In this document: piece after piece, positions 1 through 9,677 of the stretch
How the letters are laid out: the number at the start of each line of letters is the position of its first letter
How positions within the stretch are numbered: position 1 is the stretch's first letter
From: Candidatus Latescibacterota bacterium
Lineage (GTDB): Bacteria > Latescibacterota > UBA2968 > GCA-2709665
Reading direction: 5' to 3'
Length of the DNA stretch: 64,000 nucleotides
Assembly (NCBI GenBank): GCA_965222075.1
Contig: OZ244937.1
Location: 672,001-736,000, forward strand
Notes under the pieces: model-generated
Seen by the model: the letters and a program-made list of their open reading frames with translations, nothing else
Told to the model about the DNA's origin: nothing
Database searches by the model: none
Translations under genes and position numbers: made by a program

Positions 1-53
1 GAAACGGAGAACCGGGAAAAATGTGTGAGGCGGCGCAAAAAAACACGCCGGAT

Positions 54-88
54 ACAACAAGCCCCCAAGACGGCAGTCCTCGGGGGCT
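54..88 (-). terminator. Probable intrinsic terminator downstream of tRNA
   Basis: Hairpin agcccccaaga/tcctcgggggct followed on the minus strand by ttgttgt. Confidence 0.5.
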
Positions 89-129
89 CGCGTTAACCAA
101 CAAACCGCCAAAGTTAGTGGTTAGAAATT

Positions 130-206
<77 letters not shown>

Positions 207-309
207 TCAACTTTATTCTAAATCTACAATATTTAGACAAAAGAGCAAGTTTTTTGTTGCGCAGACCACAGACCACGGATCCCGGTCAGAATTCCTGAAG
301 CCCCGGTTT

Positions 310-2131
310 TCATGCCACCGGGGCCCCCTCTCCTGCGGGGGGGGACGATCCCTTTTCGATGAGGGCCTTCCGACCTTCGGTCAGTTCCCGGTGTTTTTCC
401 ATGAGGGCTTTGAGGTCTGGCCCGTCGCCGGCTGAGCGGAGTTCGGCCTCTAAGGCGTTGATCCGGGCGTCTAAGTTTTTGAGGGCGAACGCGTTGATGT
501 AGTCCTGCAGGGGGGGCTGGGGCCGGTCGGGATCGGCGATGCCGGTTTCCAGGGAAAGAGCCGAGAGGACCTGCGCCAGGTCGGGGTGCTCGCACTGGTT
601 GATGAGCAGGGCGACTGCGGCGCCCTGCTTTTTTTTCCGTCTCTGAGCGATGAGCGCAGCGATGCGCCTGTAGACGCCGTTTGAGAAGTCCTCCACCCGG
701 ATCTGTTTCAGGACAGCGTCTGCGGTATCGTCGTCCGCCATGATCCGGATCAGAAGTTCCCTCTCCAACCGGGGCCTGGGGTCGAAGGTTGGGGCGCGCT
801 GTTCTGTGGAGGCCTCCCCCTGGCGCTGCCGCGCGGGGCGGCTGAACCGCCGGACGACCTGGATGAGCGTTGCTTCGTCTATGCCGAGCTTTTGGGCAGC
901 TTCCTGGGTGAGAAACCTTCGACGCGCATCGTCACCTACGCGGGATATGAATTCGGCCAACGACTCGGTTGCGCGGCCCTTGCCGTCGGAGGTGGAGAGG
1001 TCTTCTTGCGTGGCGAGCCAGGCGACCATAAAGTCGAGCACGGGGTCTGCGCCTTCAAGGAGGTTGTGAAGGCCGTCCGGTCCGTGTTCCCGGATGTAGC
1101 TGTCGGGGTCGTGGCCTTCGGGCAGGGTGACAACGCGGGTGTCGAGCCCGGCCTCAAAGAGGGCACCGATGCCCCGGACCGCAGCGGCGGTCCCGGCGGC
1201 GTCTCCGTCGAAAACCAGGACGGCCCGCTGCGCATAGCGGCGCAGAAGCCGGGCGTGGTCGGAGGTGAGGGCCGTGCCGGAGGAGGCGACGGTGTTTTCG
1301 ATGTCCTCGCTGCGCCAGGGCGAGGAGGTCCATGTAGCCTTCAACGACGATTGCCGCGCCCTGGGTGCGGATGGCATCGCGGGCCTTCCAGAGCCCGTAG
1401 AGGGTGGCGCTTTTGTGGTAGACGGGGGTTTCCGGAGAGTTGAGGTACTTGGCCTGCTCCTGGGGGTCGAGCGCCCGGGCGCCGAAGGCGACGGTGCGGC
1501 CGGTGTGCGCCCGGATGGGGAACATGATGCGGTTGCGGAAGCGGTCGTAATAGCCCATTCCGTCCCGGCGGGGGAGGGCCAGCCCGGCCTGTTCCAAGGT
1601 TTTGGGGGTGATCCCCCGCCTGCCGGCGACCTCCAGCAGGCCGTCCCAGGCGTTGGGCGCATAGCCTAAGGAAAAGGCGTCCATCATCTTTTCGGATAGG
1701 CCGCGAGACAAAAGATAGGCCCGGGCTTCAGATCCGGCCGTGTCGACCATGAGGAGGTGGTTGTAGTATTTCCGGGCAAGATCGTTGGCGCTGTAGAGGG
1801 CGTCGAAAGCCTCCTGCTGCTGGCCCCCGTCCCGGGCCTCGGGCAGGGGGATGCCGGCCTGCGAGGCGAGTTTGCGGACGGCTTCGGTGAAGCTGATCCG
1901 CTCCATTTCCATGAGGAAGGTGAAGACGTTTCCCCCGGCGCCGCAGGCAAAGCATTTGTAGATCTGTTTGTCCTGGGAGACATTGAAGGAGGGGCGCCGG
2001 TCGTCGTGGAAGGGGCAGAGGCCGATGTGGTTTTTGCCCCGTTTGGTAAGCGCTACGTGGTCGGAGACGACCTCGACGATGTCGGCCGACTGCCGGACCT
2101 GCTCGATGGTTTCTTCAGGAATCCGGGGCAT
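310..2131 (-). CDS. dnaG: DNA primase with one +1 frameshift near 1303-1306 (about 606 aa if corrected)
   Basis: ORF 1154..2131 has the CPFHDD zinc finger, KYLNSPET and EGYMD. ORF 310..1662 continues IENTVASSGTALT...VFDGDAAG...DPD. Junction CGA GGA C ATC GAA AAC has one extra base. Confidence 0.93.
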
Positions 2132-2176
2132 GGTTGGTTTTTGAAAATTCTGTAAATGCGGACTCGCAACTTTCTT

Positions 2177-4135
2177 TCAGGCCTCGATCCACCGGTCGTC
2201 TTTCCTGATCAGTTCGATCAGTTCATCGACGGCGACCTGGGGGGGGATGTTCCGCTTGACGATCTCTTTGCCCCTGTAGAGGGTGATTTTTCCGGGGCCG
2301 CTGCCCACGTAGCCGTAGTCGGCGTCGGCCATTTCGCCCGGGCCGTTGACGATGCAGCCCATGATGCCGATTTTGACGCCTTTGAGGTGGTCCGTGCGCT
2401 TGCGGATCATGGCGGTGGTTTCCTGGAGGTCAAAGAGGGTCCGCCCGCAGGAGGGACAGGAGATGTATTCGGTTTTGGAGATCCGGGTGCGGGTGGCCTG
2501 CAGGATGCCGAAGCTGATTCGGTTAAGGGTTTCGGGAGAGACGGAGGGGGCGTCCAGCCAGATGCCGTCTCCCAACCCGTCGATGAACAGCCCGCCACAG
2601 TCGGTGGCGCTGTAGACCATAAGGTCGTCTTCACCCAGGCCGTGATATTCCCGCTTGATGATGACGGGGAGCCGGGGGGCGTGCTGCATCACCTTGATTA
2701 TGGCCCGCCGCAGCTCGGGCATGGCATGCGCGTTGTCTGTTCTTAAAATGAGGACCGCGCACCGGTCTTGGGAAAGGGCATGAAGGGCCTCTTCAGTCAA
2801 AACGCTCAGATCCGCTATCACAAAGTTGATCCGGTCGGAATGGCGGTCGGCCCTCAGGTAGGGGTGGATGTCAAAGAGGGGGAAGGCGTCGGAGGGGGCG
2901 TCCAAGGCCCGCCAGGCGTCGTAGTCAAAGATCTTTTTGAGCGTTCCGGGGAGTTCAAAGCTCAGGTCCCGATCCCTCAGATAGATGAAGTCGGGGGCCA
3001 TGTCGGCGATGTTCCACTTGTCCAGTGCCGCGTCGTAGGCATAGCCGAGGGCGGCCAGTCCACCTGGCGTTTTCAGGGTCTCACAGTTTGGGGTGACGAC
3101 GACGACCGGGACATTGTCTTTTCCGATTTTGTCGACTTCGAGGGTCTGCCTGCGGGTGTAGGTAAAGGGGGTGATGGGACTGGTAACGACGGCCGGGATC
3201 GGGTCGTGAGCCGGCCTGCGAGTATAACGTTGGGCGAGGCGGATGCATACGGGGACTTCCGCTTCGGGCGCTTCGGTCAGGGAGACCCGGATGGTATCCC
3301 CGATGCCGTCTTCCAACAGGGCGCCGATGCCGATAGCCGATTTAATTCTGCCGTCTTCGCCGTCGCCGGCTTCGGTGACGCCCAGGTGGGTCGGATAGTC
3401 CATGCCTTCCGCTTCCATTCTGTTTACAAGCAGGCGGTAGGCCTGGACCATAACCTGGGGATTGCTGGCCTTCATGGAGAGGACGATGTCGTGGTAGTCT
3501 AAGTCACCACAAATCCGGACAAATTCGAGGGCGGATTCGACCATGCCAAGGGGCGTATCGCCAAAGCGGTTCATGATCCTGTCGGAGAGGGAGCCGTGGT
3601 TGGTGCCAATGCGCATGGCCGTGCCGTTCTCCTTGCATATTTTGACCAGGGGCGCGAATTTCTCCCGAATCCGTTCCAGTTCGGAAGCGTATTCGGCATC
3701 GGTATATTCGATGATCCGGAACTTTTTCTTGTCGGCGTAGTTGCCCGGGTTGACCCTGACCTTTTCGACAATACGGGCAGCGATTTCTGCGGCGTTGGGC
3801 GTGTAGTGGATATCCGCAATGAGGGGGGCATCGTATCCCCGGCTCCGCAACGCTTTCACGATGGCCTCTAAGTTGCGAGCTTCGTTCTGGCTGGGCGCGG
3901 TGATGCGGACATAGTCTGCGCCTGCCTCGATGATGCGGATGGATTGCTCGACCGTAGCCAGGGTGTCCATGGTATCGGTGGTGGTCATAGACTGGATGCG
4001 GATGGGGTTGTCCGCGCCCAGGGGAACGCCGCCGATGTTCACTTCACGGGTTCGATACCGGGAGTAGGCGGTGAGGGAGTTGCAGTATATTGTGGGAGGG
4101 GTCTGGAGATCCGTATTCAACGCTGTGGATTGCAT
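2177..4135 (-). CDS. ispG: HMBPP synthase IspG, long three-domain form
   Basis: IQSMTTTDT, RIGTNHGSLS, HLGVTEAG, GDTIRVSLT, ISCPSCGRT and MGCIVNGPGE motifs; 652 aa with central insertion. Confidence 0.96.
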   Translation of the reverse strand: MQSTALNTDLQTPPTIYCNSLTAYSRYRTREVNIGGVPLGADNPIRIQSMTTTDTMDTLATVEQSIRIIEAGADYVRITAPSQNEARNLEAIVKALRSRGYDAPLIADIHYTPNAAEIAARIVEKVRVNPGNYADKKKFRIIEYTDAEYASELERIREKFAPLVKICKENGTAMRIGTNHGSLSDRIMNRFGDTPLGMVESALEFVRICGDLDYHDIVLSMKASNPQVMVQAYRLLVNRMEAEGMDYPTHLGVTEAGDGEDGRIKSAIGIGALLEDGIGDTIRVSLTEAPEAEVPVCIRLAQRYTRRPAHDPIPAVVTSPITPFTYTRRQTLEVDKIGKDNVPVVVVTPNCETLKTPGGLAALGYAYDAALDKWNIADMAPDFIYLRDRDLSFELPGTLKKIFDYDAWRALDAPSDAFPLFDIHPYLRADRHSDRINFVIADLSVLTEEALHALSQDRCAVLILRTDNAHAMPELRRAIIKVMQHAPRLPVIIKREYHGLGEDDLMVYSATDCGGLFIDGLGDGIWLDAPSVSPETLNRISFGILQATRTRISKTEYISCPSCGRTLFDLQETTAMIRKRTDHLKGVKIGIMGCIVNGPGEMADADYGYVGSGPGKITLYRGKEIVKRNIPPQVAVDELIELIRKDDRWIEA

Positions 4136-4242
4136 TCGATAGGCTCCGGTGTTGGAGAAAAATTCACATCAAGGTGGGGAGACGATCCTGGTCTTTCTCC
4201 GCGCCCTCTGCGTCTGTGCGGTTCAAAATCTAATATAGACAA

Positions 4243-6621
4243 TTATTTCTCCAGGTCAAGCGCCACAATGGTCACGCCGCTGCCGCCTTCGTCCCGGTTT
4301 CCCAGGCGCTGCGTTTTCACACGCGGGTGCTGCTTTAAGAAGCCTCCAACCGTTCGGCGCAACGCTCCGGTTCCCTTCCCGTGGATGAGGGTGGCCCGCT
4401 CCATCCGGTTCAGGTAGAGGTCGTCCAGGTATTTGTCGACCACCTCAACAGTCTCTTCCGAGGTCAGCCCCCGCAGGTCTACCTCCGGAGAGATGTTTCC
4501 CCGGCCCAGGAATCCGGCGGAGGGCGTTTTGGAGGCTTCTTCAGGGGCCTGCTCCCGCGCTTCCAGGTCGGCAGGAGAGACTTCCACTTTGATCTTGCCC
4601 ACCTCCACGACGACCCGGTCCGCCCCGTCCCGGCTCGATACGACCACGCCTTCTTTCTCAAAGCTCCGGAGCCAGACCCGGTCTCCGGGTTTGAGCGGTG
4701 AGCGGGGATGTTGGGAGGGAGGTTCTTTGAGGGCCTGGTTCAGTTCCTGCCGGGCGGTCCGGATGCGGGCGTGGGCCTGCCGGATCGCGTCCCGGTCGGC
4801 GTCTCGCTGCCGGATTTCCTGCACGGTGCGTTCAACCAGGGCGTTGGCCCCCTCCAGGATGCGCTGCGCTTCCTGCTGGGCCGTCCGCTTCAGTTCCCGT
4901 TCCCGGCGTTCCACATCCTTCAGGCGGGTTTCGTAGTCTGCCTTTAGCCTTTCTGCTTCTTTTCGGTCGGCCTGGGTCCGGACCCGTTCTTCCTGGTAGT
5001 GCTGGTAGGTTTCATCGAGTTCGGCAATAAGCGATTCCACCCGGCCCACGTCGCTGCCGGCAATGCGCACGGCTGCGTCCACGATCTCGGCGGGCATCTC
5101 CAGCCGCCGGGCGATTTCGAAGGCGTAGCTGCTGCCCGGGACCTTCAGACGGAGCTGGAAGGTGGGTCGAAGGGTGGCGGCGTCGAATGCCATGGACCCG
5201 TTGGCCATGCCTTTGGAACTGTGGGCAAAGGCCTTGAGGGCGCCGTGGTGCGTGGTTGCAATGGTGCGGCTGCCCCGCCCGGTGAGTTCCTTAAGCAGGG
5301 CCATGGCCAGGGCCGAGCCCTGGTCGGGGTCGGTGCTGGACCCGATCTCGTCTAACAGGATCAGGGACCGGAAGTCGGCCTTTTCACAGATTTTGACCAG
5401 GTTTGCCATGTGAGAAGAGAAGGTGCTCAGATCGTTTTCGATGGACTGGGCGTCTCCAATATCTGCAAAGATTCCAGAGAAGACCGGAAGTTCCGATTTG
5501 GGCCGGGCCGGGATGGGCAGGCCGGCCTGGGCCATCAGCGCTAAGAGGCCCACGGTTTTGAGGGCGACGGTTTTGCCGCCCGCGTTGGGGCCGGTCAGGA
5601 CCAGGGTCCAGAATTGATCGGCGCCAATCGTCAGGTCCAGGGAGACCAGGTCCCGTAGGCGGTCTTCGCTGCGGAGCCGGTAGACGAGGAGGGGGTGCCT
5701 GGCCTGCCGGAGGACGACGCGCCCTTCCCGATTAAAGAGGGGCTCGGTTGCGTCAAGGTCCCGGGCAAAGGAGGCTTTGGCGAAAACCGCGTCGAATTTT
5801 CCCAGGATCTCCAGGTTGTCTAAGAGGTCGTCGCTCACTTCAGCGACAGCCCCGGTCAATTCGAGCAGGATCTTTTTGATTTCCTGCTGTTCGGCCAGTT
5901 CCAGTTGACGGAGCCGGTTGTTCAGCTCCACGGTGGCCATCGGCTCGATGAAGAGGGTGGCGCCGCTGGCGGACTGGTCATGGACGATGCCTTCTATGCG
6001 GCGCTTCTGGTTTTCCCGGATGGGGATGACGAACCGGCCCGCCCGGATGGTGACCAGGCGGTCCTGCACCACGTCGTCCGGGAGTTTGCCCAGGACCGAT
6101 TCAACCTGTTTCCGAATGGAGGATCGCGTCTGTTCGATGTTCCGGCGGATACGGCGGAGTTCGGGGCTGGCCGAGTCTTTTACGGTTCCCGCTACGGGGT
6201 CCAGGGCCCTGTTGAAGGCACTTTCCAGGTCGGGGTGGGCGCTCAAACCGGTGATGAGGCCCCAGAGCCGGGGGTATTTCTCCTGCCGGGTCGAGATGTA
6301 GGCGAGGAATCTCCGCGAGGCTCTCAGGACGTCACCTACTTCGAGGAGTTCTGTCACCGTCAGGGTCGACCCGGGAACAGTACAGGTCCTGAGCGCCGGG
6401 CGGATATCGGGGATGTGGCCGATGGACAGGGGATCGTCGAAGGCGATCAGGTCGATCGTTTCCAGCACCGGCCGGAGGCGATTCTCAATCGTTTCGGGAT
6501 CGTCGGTGGGGGCCAGGGTTTCCACCTCTTCCCGGCCAAGCGTGGAGACGGTCCGCTTTGCGATGTGCGCCCGGATCTTGTCGAATTCCAGCGTTTCAAG
6601 TGTGTGTGGAGCGCATGCCAT
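4243..6621 (-). CDS. mutS2: Endonuclease MutS2
   Basis: LEFDKI start, HDQSASGAT, GPNAGGKT, DIGDAQSIENDLSTFSSH, C-terminal Smr domain (DLRG...IHGKGTGALR). Confidence 0.96.
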   Translation of the reverse strand: MACAPHTLETLEFDKIRAHIAKRTVSTLGREEVETLAPTDDPETIENRLRPVLETIDLIAFDDPLSIGHIPDIRPALRTCTVPGSTLTVTELLEVGDVLRASRRFLAYISTRQEKYPRLWGLITGLSAHPDLESAFNRALDPVAGTVKDSASPELRRIRRNIEQTRSSIRKQVESVLGKLPDDVVQDRLVTIRAGRFVIPIRENQKRRIEGIVHDQSASGATLFIEPMATVELNNRLRQLELAEQQEIKKILLELTGAVAEVSDDLLDNLEILGKFDAVFAKASFARDLDATEPLFNREGRVVLRQARHPLLVYRLRSEDRLRDLVSLDLTIGADQFWTLVLTGPNAGGKTVALKTVGLLALMAQAGLPIPARPKSELPVFSGIFADIGDAQSIENDLSTFSSHMANLVKICEKADFRSLILLDEIGSSTDPDQGSALAMALLKELTGRGSRTIATTHHGALKAFAHSSKGMANGSMAFDAATLRPTFQLRLKVPGSSYAFEIARRLEMPAEIVDAAVRIAGSDVGRVESLIAELDETYQHYQEERVRTQADRKEAERLKADYETRLKDVERRERELKRTAQQEAQRILEGANALVERTVQEIRQRDADRDAIRQAHARIRTARQELNQALKEPPSQHPRSPLKPGDRVWLRSFEKEGVVVSSRDGADRVVVEVGKIKVEVSPADLEAREQAPEEASKTPSAGFLGRGNISPEVDLRGLTSEETVEVVDKYLDDLYLNRMERATLIHGKGTGALRRTVGGFLKQHPRVKTQRLGNRDEGGSGVTIVALDLEK

Positions 6622-6627
6622 GGAATC

Positions 6628-7281
6628 TCACTCTTCCGGCCTTGATTCCAGCCTCTTGCGGGACTCCTCCATCAGGCTGTCCAGCACGGCGCGTGCGGCA
6701 TCTGCTTTGTCTGACACTTTGTCTAAAATCGGGTGCGAGGGGGCCTCCAGTGCCTGAGGCACCAATTGTTCGTAGAGGGAGGCCGTGCGTGGAAGGGCCG
6801 CTTTTATCCCGTCCAGGAGAAGCACGGCCGCGCGCTGGGTCGGCTGTCCCAGGCTGGACGTGTCAATATATTCGGTGAGCTTGCTGTGGGGCGGATGCGC
6901 TCGAAGCAGCATGACCAGCAGGCCCAGGATGAGCAGCGCATTGGCCAGACCGACGGCCGCCCCTCCAACCGCGTCGAAGATGCCAAAAGGGGAGCTTCGA
7001 AGGGCTTTGCGGAGCATCCGGCCTGCAAGGGTACTGGCGAGCAGGGTGAGCAGGAAGACCGACAGAAAGCCGATGAAAGCCGCTCCGCTGCCTTTTTCTG
7101 CCGAATCACCGGTTATCCAGACGCTTGCCTCTGCTCCATAACTGAGCGCAAACCCATAGGCCAGGACCAGGCCGATGAGGACGATCAGGCTCTGTAAAAG
7201 GCCGATCCGCCAGCCTTTTACTGCGGCCCAGAGGAGGCCGACCACCAGGATCAGGTCTACGAAGTTCACAGGTGTGCTCAA
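6628..7281 (-). CDS. cvpA: CvpA (colicin V production) family membrane protein
   Basis: NFVDLI...GWRIGL start, four hydrophobic segments, DAVGGAAVG motif; typical position upstream of mutS2. Confidence 0.8.
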   Translation of the reverse strand: MSTPVNFVDLILVVGLLWAAVKGWRIGLLQSLIVLIGLVLAYGFALSYGAEASVWITGDSAEKGSGAAFIGFLSVFLLTLLASTLAGRMLRKALRSSPFGIFDAVGGAAVGLANALLILGLLVMLLRAHPPHSKLTEYIDTSSLGQPTQRAAVLLLDGIKAALPRTASLYEQLVPQALEAPSHPILDKVSDKADAARAVLDSLMEESRKRLESRPEE

Positions 7282-7300
7282 GGGCTACGCGTTTCCTTTT

Positions 7301-7345
7301 AAAAAACAATAGCCGCACCCAATCGAGCATCGGTGCGGCTATTGT
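7301..7345 (-). terminator. Intrinsic terminator after rpsU
   Basis: acaatagccgcacc/ggtgcggctattgt stem with a T tract on the minus strand. Confidence 0.8.
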
Positions 7346-7386
7346 CTTCCTGATTTCATAACGACGGTGCGTCTGCAAAAGGCTTA

Positions 7387-7581
7387 CTATTGATATCTGG
7401 ACTCAAGTTTCAACCGTTTACGCTTGGCCGCAGCGATCTTTCGCTTCCGCCGTTCACTCGGCTTTTCAAAATGCTGGTGTTTTTTCATTTCCGTTATGAT
7501 ACCGGCCTTTTCACATGTTTTTTTGAACCGTTTTAAGGCCTTTTCAAACGGCTCATCTTCTCGCACCAAGACGCCAGCCAT
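7387..7581 (-). CDS. rpsU: 30S ribosomal protein S21
   Basis: MAGVLVREDEPFEKALKRFKK...HFEKPSERRK; AAGGAGG RBS upstream of ATG at 7581. Confidence 0.95.
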   Translation of the reverse strand: MAGVLVREDEPFEKALKRFKKTCEKAGIITEMKKHQHFEKPSERRKRKIAAAKRKRLKLESRYQ

Positions 7582-7784
7582 ACCTGGAATTTTCCCTCCT
7601 TTCTCTCTATATTTGTAATGCGAAAATTTCAGCTCGTTTTTTATAACCATACCTGTTTGAAATCAGCGGGTCGTCCAGTTATAACCCCTTGATTTACTTG
7701 AATGCATACGCAGAAAAACGGTTCATTCTATCGAATATGAATATATAGAAATGAACGATATTTGGCAAATGGTTTTTCAAAATA

Positions 7785-7814
7785 TTGACGGATTTGCCCA
7801 AAAAGCCGTATAAT
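7785..7814 (+). promoter_or_regulatory. Sigma70-like promoter
   Basis: TTGACG-18 bp-TATAAT in an AT-rich intergenic region. Confidence 0.6.
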
Positions 7815-7857
7815 CAGGCATAAAACGGTCCTGAGTCCCAAGTCCAGGCGTCCGGAC

Positions 7858-8202
7858 GTGTTGGGGTGGGCGGTGCTGTCGGTTACGCCGGGCAAGGCGG
7901 GGGAACTCCTGAAGGCCTATTTTATCCAATACCGCCTGGGCACCCCCATAAGCTGGAGCGCGCCCGCTGTCATGGCGGAGCGGCTAACAGATTTTATATC
8001 CTTGATTTGTCTGGCTTTTCTGGGTATGTTAATTTTCGAATCCGGTGCTTTTTACCTGGTTTTGGGGGGTGCCGGGATCTGGTTTGCCGTGGCCCTGAAG
8101 GGCATTTCACTTCCCAACGCCGTGGCGGCCACGTTTGTGATTCGCGTGTGTACCCTCTGGTTTGGGCGCGGGGGTGCTGCTTGTCTATCGGAGCCGGTTT
8201 GA
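7858..8202 (+). pseudogene. Remnant of a lysylphosphatidylglycerol-synthase TM/UPF0104 flippase-like gene
   Basis: VTPGKAGELLKAY...ERLTD (mid-protein motif) fused closely to AVAATFVIRVCTLWF (C-terminal motif); only 114 aa. Confidence 0.6.
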
Positions 8203-8300
8203 GGCGGAATCTGAAGGGGATGCGGAACCTGTGGGAGGGCGAGGCGTTCAGAAGAGAGAGGGAATTGCAGAATGAAGTTGGCGATGCATAAGGGTGGGCA

Positions 8301-9641
8301 ATGAGCATTGTTGCGGATGAAAAGGTGGTGAAGCGCCGGGCCGTTTCCACGCAGGCTTTCCGGGGGCGGCTGGGAAACTGGAAGGGGGCGCTTTCCAGTA
8401 GCCGCTGGTTCGGGGCCTATTTCTTCCTGGCGGGCATGGTGATTATTCTTGCCTTTATGGTCTATACACAGATTTTTGTGGTGGGGGCTTTGCGGCAGGA
8501 TACCCGGCAGATGATCCAGCGGTACGCTTTTTTCTACAGCATTGCCACCCGGGATACGGTTCTCGTAACGCCCGGTCCGGATCTGGATATCATTTTTGAT
8601 ACGATCAGGAATACCAGTTTCCCGGTTGTGATTACCGATGAACATAGTGTACCTCATATGTGGAAAGCGATTGGTGTGCCTCCCGATGATAACAGCCCTC
8701 CGGCGCTTAAGAAGGTTCGGGAAATTGTGCGCCGTCTGGATCTGGAGAATCCTCCTTTTCCATTTGTTATTCCTAAAATCGGGCCCAACAAGACACCGGC
8801 CACCCGGGTGCTCCATTACGGTGATTCGAGTCTGGTCAAGCGCCTCTCCTGGCTGCCCTGGATTGCGCTGGGTGTGACGGCGCTTTTCATCGGGGTGGGC
8901 TACGTGGGGTTCCGGCATATTAAAAACAGCGAGCAGCGCTCTTTGTGGGTGGGCATGGCCCGGGAGACCGCCCACCAGCTTGGTACCCCGCTTTCCTCCC
9001 TTTACGGGTGGATTGAGCTGATGAGGGCGGAGTTGCAACATGCCCCCGAACAAGACCGTGAGGAGGCCCTGGACCGTTTTGAGCAGCTCGTGGCGGAGAT
9101 GGGGAAGGATACGAGCCGCCTCAACAAGATCGCGTCCCGCTTCAGTCTGATCGGCTCTTCGCCGGAGCTTCGGGTGGACAATCTGCGCGAGGTGGTTGCA
9201 GAAACGGCCGCCTATTTGCGCGGCCGCCTGCCCCGCGATATTCAGATTGTGCAGATGGAGGGCGAGGCTCCCCCCCTGCCGATGAACCGGGAGTTGCTGG
9301 GGTGGGCGTTTGAGAATCTGTTTAAGAATGCGGCCGATGCGATGGAAGGAAGGGGGGGACGCATCGAAGTCTCTGTCGAGGCGCGCCCGGACAGCGAGTG
9401 GGTAGACATCCGGGTTCGAGACCACGGCAAGGGCATCCCCCACTACCGCATCAAGCAGGTCTTTATGCCCGGCTACAGTACGAAAAAGCGGGGGTGGGGG
9501 CTGGGGCTTACGTTTGTGAAGCGCATTGTGGAAGACTATCACCGGGGAAAGATTGCGGTTCAAGAGAGCGTTCCCGACATGGGGACGACGTTTCTCGTTT
9601 CTCTCCCAACGGCGCCTCCCGAAACTCAGGAAGCCGCGTAA
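8301..9641 (+). CDS. Membrane sensor histidine kinase
   Basis: Two TM segments, H-box ETAHQLGTPLSSL, N-box ENLFKNAADA, DHGKG and GWGLGL. Confidence 0.95.
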   Translation: MSIVADEKVVKRRAVSTQAFRGRLGNWKGALSSSRWFGAYFFLAGMVIILAFMVYTQIFVVGALRQDTRQMIQRYAFFYSIATRDTVLVTPGPDLDIIFDTIRNTSFPVVITDEHSVPHMWKAIGVPPDDNSPPALKKVREIVRRLDLENPPFPFVIPKIGPNKTPATRVLHYGDSSLVKRLSWLPWIALGVTALFIGVGYVGFRHIKNSEQRSLWVGMARETAHQLGTPLSSLYGWIELMRAELQHAPEQDREEALDRFEQLVAEMGKDTSRLNKIASRFSLIGSSPELRVDNLREVVAETAAYLRGRLPRDIQIVQMEGEAPPLPMNRELLGWAFENLFKNAADAMEGRGGRIEVSVEARPDSEWVDIRVRDHGKGIPHYRIKQVFMPGYSTKKRGWGLGLTFVKRIVEDYHRGKIAVQESVPDMGTTFLVSLPTAPPETQEAA

Positions 9642-9677
9642 GAGCGACCCGGCGGGTCGCCCTGGAAAGGGATTGTC

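Noticed and set aside
260-278. Short low-complexity intergenic repeats (also near 4196-4228, 11275-11325, 14450-14505)
   Set aside because: Two to three degenerate units only; too weak to assign a function.
8052-9563. Long antisense ORFs (also 14522..15388, 20051..21199, 39970..41274, 56859..58025, 58123..59265)
   Set aside because: Shadow frames opposite well-supported genes, expected in high-GC DNA.
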